Source: Treponemataceae bacterium (lineage in GTDB: Bacteria > Spirochaetota > Spirochaetia > Treponematales > Rectinemataceae). From it: a stretch of DNA of 64,000 nucleotides. Where the stretch lies: assembly GCA_963678065.2 (NCBI GenBank), contig CAXXVZ010000005.1, forward strand, positions 288,001 through 352,000, read 5' to 3'. Shown here piece after piece: positions 62,488 through 64,000 of this stretch. The stretch's first letter is position 1. Each line of letters opens with the position of its first letter. The translations under genes and the position numbers were made by a program. The notes below the pieces were generated by a model, which worked only from the letters and a program-made list of their open reading frames with translations, did no database searches and was not told where the DNA came from.

Positions 62488-63804
62488 TCACCTCTTTGCC
62501 AATTCCACGGCTTTGTCGACCAATCCATAGCCGAACTGTGCATCGAGGAGCGAAGTATCCGTCTCGTAACCACCTTCCTCCTGTGCTTTTTTCGTGTAGA
62601 CATAGCCGGGCAGGCAGCCATTGGCGAGCTCGTTGATGATGACAAGACCCGCGTCCACCCGACTCTTGATGTCGAGGCCGAATTCCATGAACACTTCGCC
62701 CGGCAGGCCGATGAGTTTCAGTTCTCCGATGCTGATCGCCTGCACTTCGGCCGGCTTCTCCGCTTCGAGAAGCTCGATCTTTCCGCCTTCTTGCAGCATG
62801 ATGACATAGCCCAGAAGGTCCTCGGCGCCGAGGAGTTTCAGATTCGCGTTCTGCACTTCCAGATAGGAGGCATTGCCTTCAAGTTTGTGCCGGTAGTCTG
62901 CTTCCGCTTCGCGGACACGCCCTTCCATAACCTGCCTCGCCGGCAAGCTGCGGACACCGATCGATATTTCTTCCGAAACGACCTTGATGCCAATGTCCCG
63001 GACAAACTTCAGCCCGCCGACAGCCGCGATGGCGGCGCTTCCGATCGTCCGGCCAACCCGTTCAGCTTCGTCGAAGGACTGCCCCTGTCTGAAATACCGC
63101 GTGCTCTGATCGCCCGATGTCCCCTGGGCGAAGAGCATGACGGCGGATGGAAATTTCTCTCCGATCGCCTTGCGGATGTAAGAGGGGTAATCCGCCGACA
63201 CGAGCGTTGAATCTTCATGAAGCACCGTGGGATGCAGGGCGTAGTTGACCAACACGGATCTGACCGTGCCGGACAGATCCCTCACCGCCACGACATAGGA
63301 ATACGGATCGCAGGGACCTTCCGGGTTTCTCCGGTTCCCGCCGATCCCCTGCTCTTTTCCGCAATATTCGCGGCCGAAGCCGATTTCCGCCTCGAAGGCC
63401 TTCGCCTTGGCCTCGATTATGATGCCGACTATCTTCCCGATGAGTCCGTCGACATATTCGGCGTCCTGCTCCACCCCTGCGAGGAGCGATTCGATATCCA
63501 GGCGGCCGGAAGCCCATGGCCCGGAATGCGTGTGGGAGCAACTTATCATGATGTTCGGGACGGGGATGCCGGTCAATTTCCGGACGCGTTCACGAACCGA
63601 CGAGACATGCTTTTTCGAGAAAAACAGAATATCCAGAGTTACGATGACAACCTCGGTCGTACCATGATTCAGATACAGGCAGCCCGCATACAGAGGATCA
63701 TGCGCTCCGGTATTGTGGCGGGAAAAATGCGGGTATCCGCCCAGCTCAAGTCCTTCCCGCGGTGTAATGTCGACGATAGCAGTACCGGCAGTCAGCCCCT
63801 TCAT
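62488..63804 (-). CDS. Neutral/alkaline ceramidase N-terminal-domain family protein
   Basis: DITP..LGGY, HDPL, SHTHSGP, NYALHP, SADYP, PGEVF, GGYE; GGAGG RBS. Confidence 0.85.
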   Translation of the reverse strand: MKGLTAGTAIVDITPREGLELGGYPHFSRHNTGAHDPLYAGCLYLNHGTTEVVIVTLDILFFSKKHVSSVRERVRKLTGIPVPNIMISCSHTHSGPWASGRLDIESLLAGVEQDAEYVDGLIGKIVGIIIEAKAKAFEAEIGFGREYCGKEQGIGGNRRNPEGPCDPYSYVVAVRDLSGTVRSVLVNYALHPTVLHEDSTLVSADYPSYIRKAIGEKFPSAVMLFAQGTSGDQSTRYFRQGQSFDEAERVGRTIGSAAIAAVGGLKFVRDIGIKVVSEEISIGVRSLPARQVMEGRVREAEADYRHKLEGNASYLEVQNANLKLLGAEDLLGYVIMLQEGGKIELLEAEKPAEVQAISIGELKLIGLPGEVFMEFGLDIKSRVDAGLVIINELANGCLPGYVYTKKAQEEGGYETDTSLLDAQFGYGLVDKAVELAKR

Positions 63805-63885
63805 CCTGAAACCTCCAATCCCGTAGGCGCTCCGCCATTGTCCTGTACCGGCGGCAATGGCGGCGACGCACTCGTCTGTCACATT

Positions 63886-64000
63886 TTACTTGAGCGAAGT
63901 TCCGACCTTGCGGGTGGCCTTGTCGAGATCCTTGAGGACTGAATCGACGTTTTCCTTGGTTACCAGGACCAGACCGGAGTCGTTTATCTTGTTGAACGAA
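63886..64000 (-). CDS. 3' end of a monosaccharide ABC substrate-binding protein (partial)
   Basis: Reads SFNKINDSGLVLVTKENVDSVLKDLDKATRKVGTSLK*; VTKENVD is typical of an RbsB-like C-terminus. A hairpin follows (63832-63863). Confidence 0.65.
   Translation of the reverse strand, partial: SFNKINDSGLVLVTKENVDSVLKDLDKATRKVGTSLK

Overview
A 64-kb, GC-rich, gene-dense stretch of a bacterial chromosome. An anaerobic Spirochaetota-like organism is my low-confidence guess from gene content and signal-peptide style. I see no rRNA, tRNA, CRISPR array, transposase or integrase. In order, the window holds: a large hybrid histidine kinase with a partial response regulator; a B12-type radical SAM gene; rluA-like, ThrE-pair, metallophosphoesterase and MBL-fold genes; a roughly 15-kb redox-type sugar/glycoside cluster (MFS, 2 Gfo/Idh/MocA, 2 xylose-isomerase-like TIM barrels, CUT2 ABC, PAS-LuxR, old yellow enzyme, GH4, LacI, AKR); a second B12-type radical SAM, a cupin and a P5C dehydrogenase; an unusual three-gene operon (MalE-type binding protein with an extra N-terminal domain, a secreted protein with three molybdopterin-oxidoreductase-like repeats and a CxxCH motif, and a fused MalF-MalG permease); EAL and HD-GYP c-di-GMP enzymes; the AmmeMemoRadiSam trio; a polar amino-acid ABC system; an M16C peptidase; an ABC exporter pair; a patch of decayed gene remnants; a LacI-controlled CUT1 ABC plus GH2 locus containing a prenyltransferase-repeat-like unknown; and a lower-GC island (ceramidase-like, FGGY kinase, URO-D-like, DUF4432-like). 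The best candidate for an undescribed system is the operon at 30528-35648. All family calls come from recognising motifs by eye; no database search was run.
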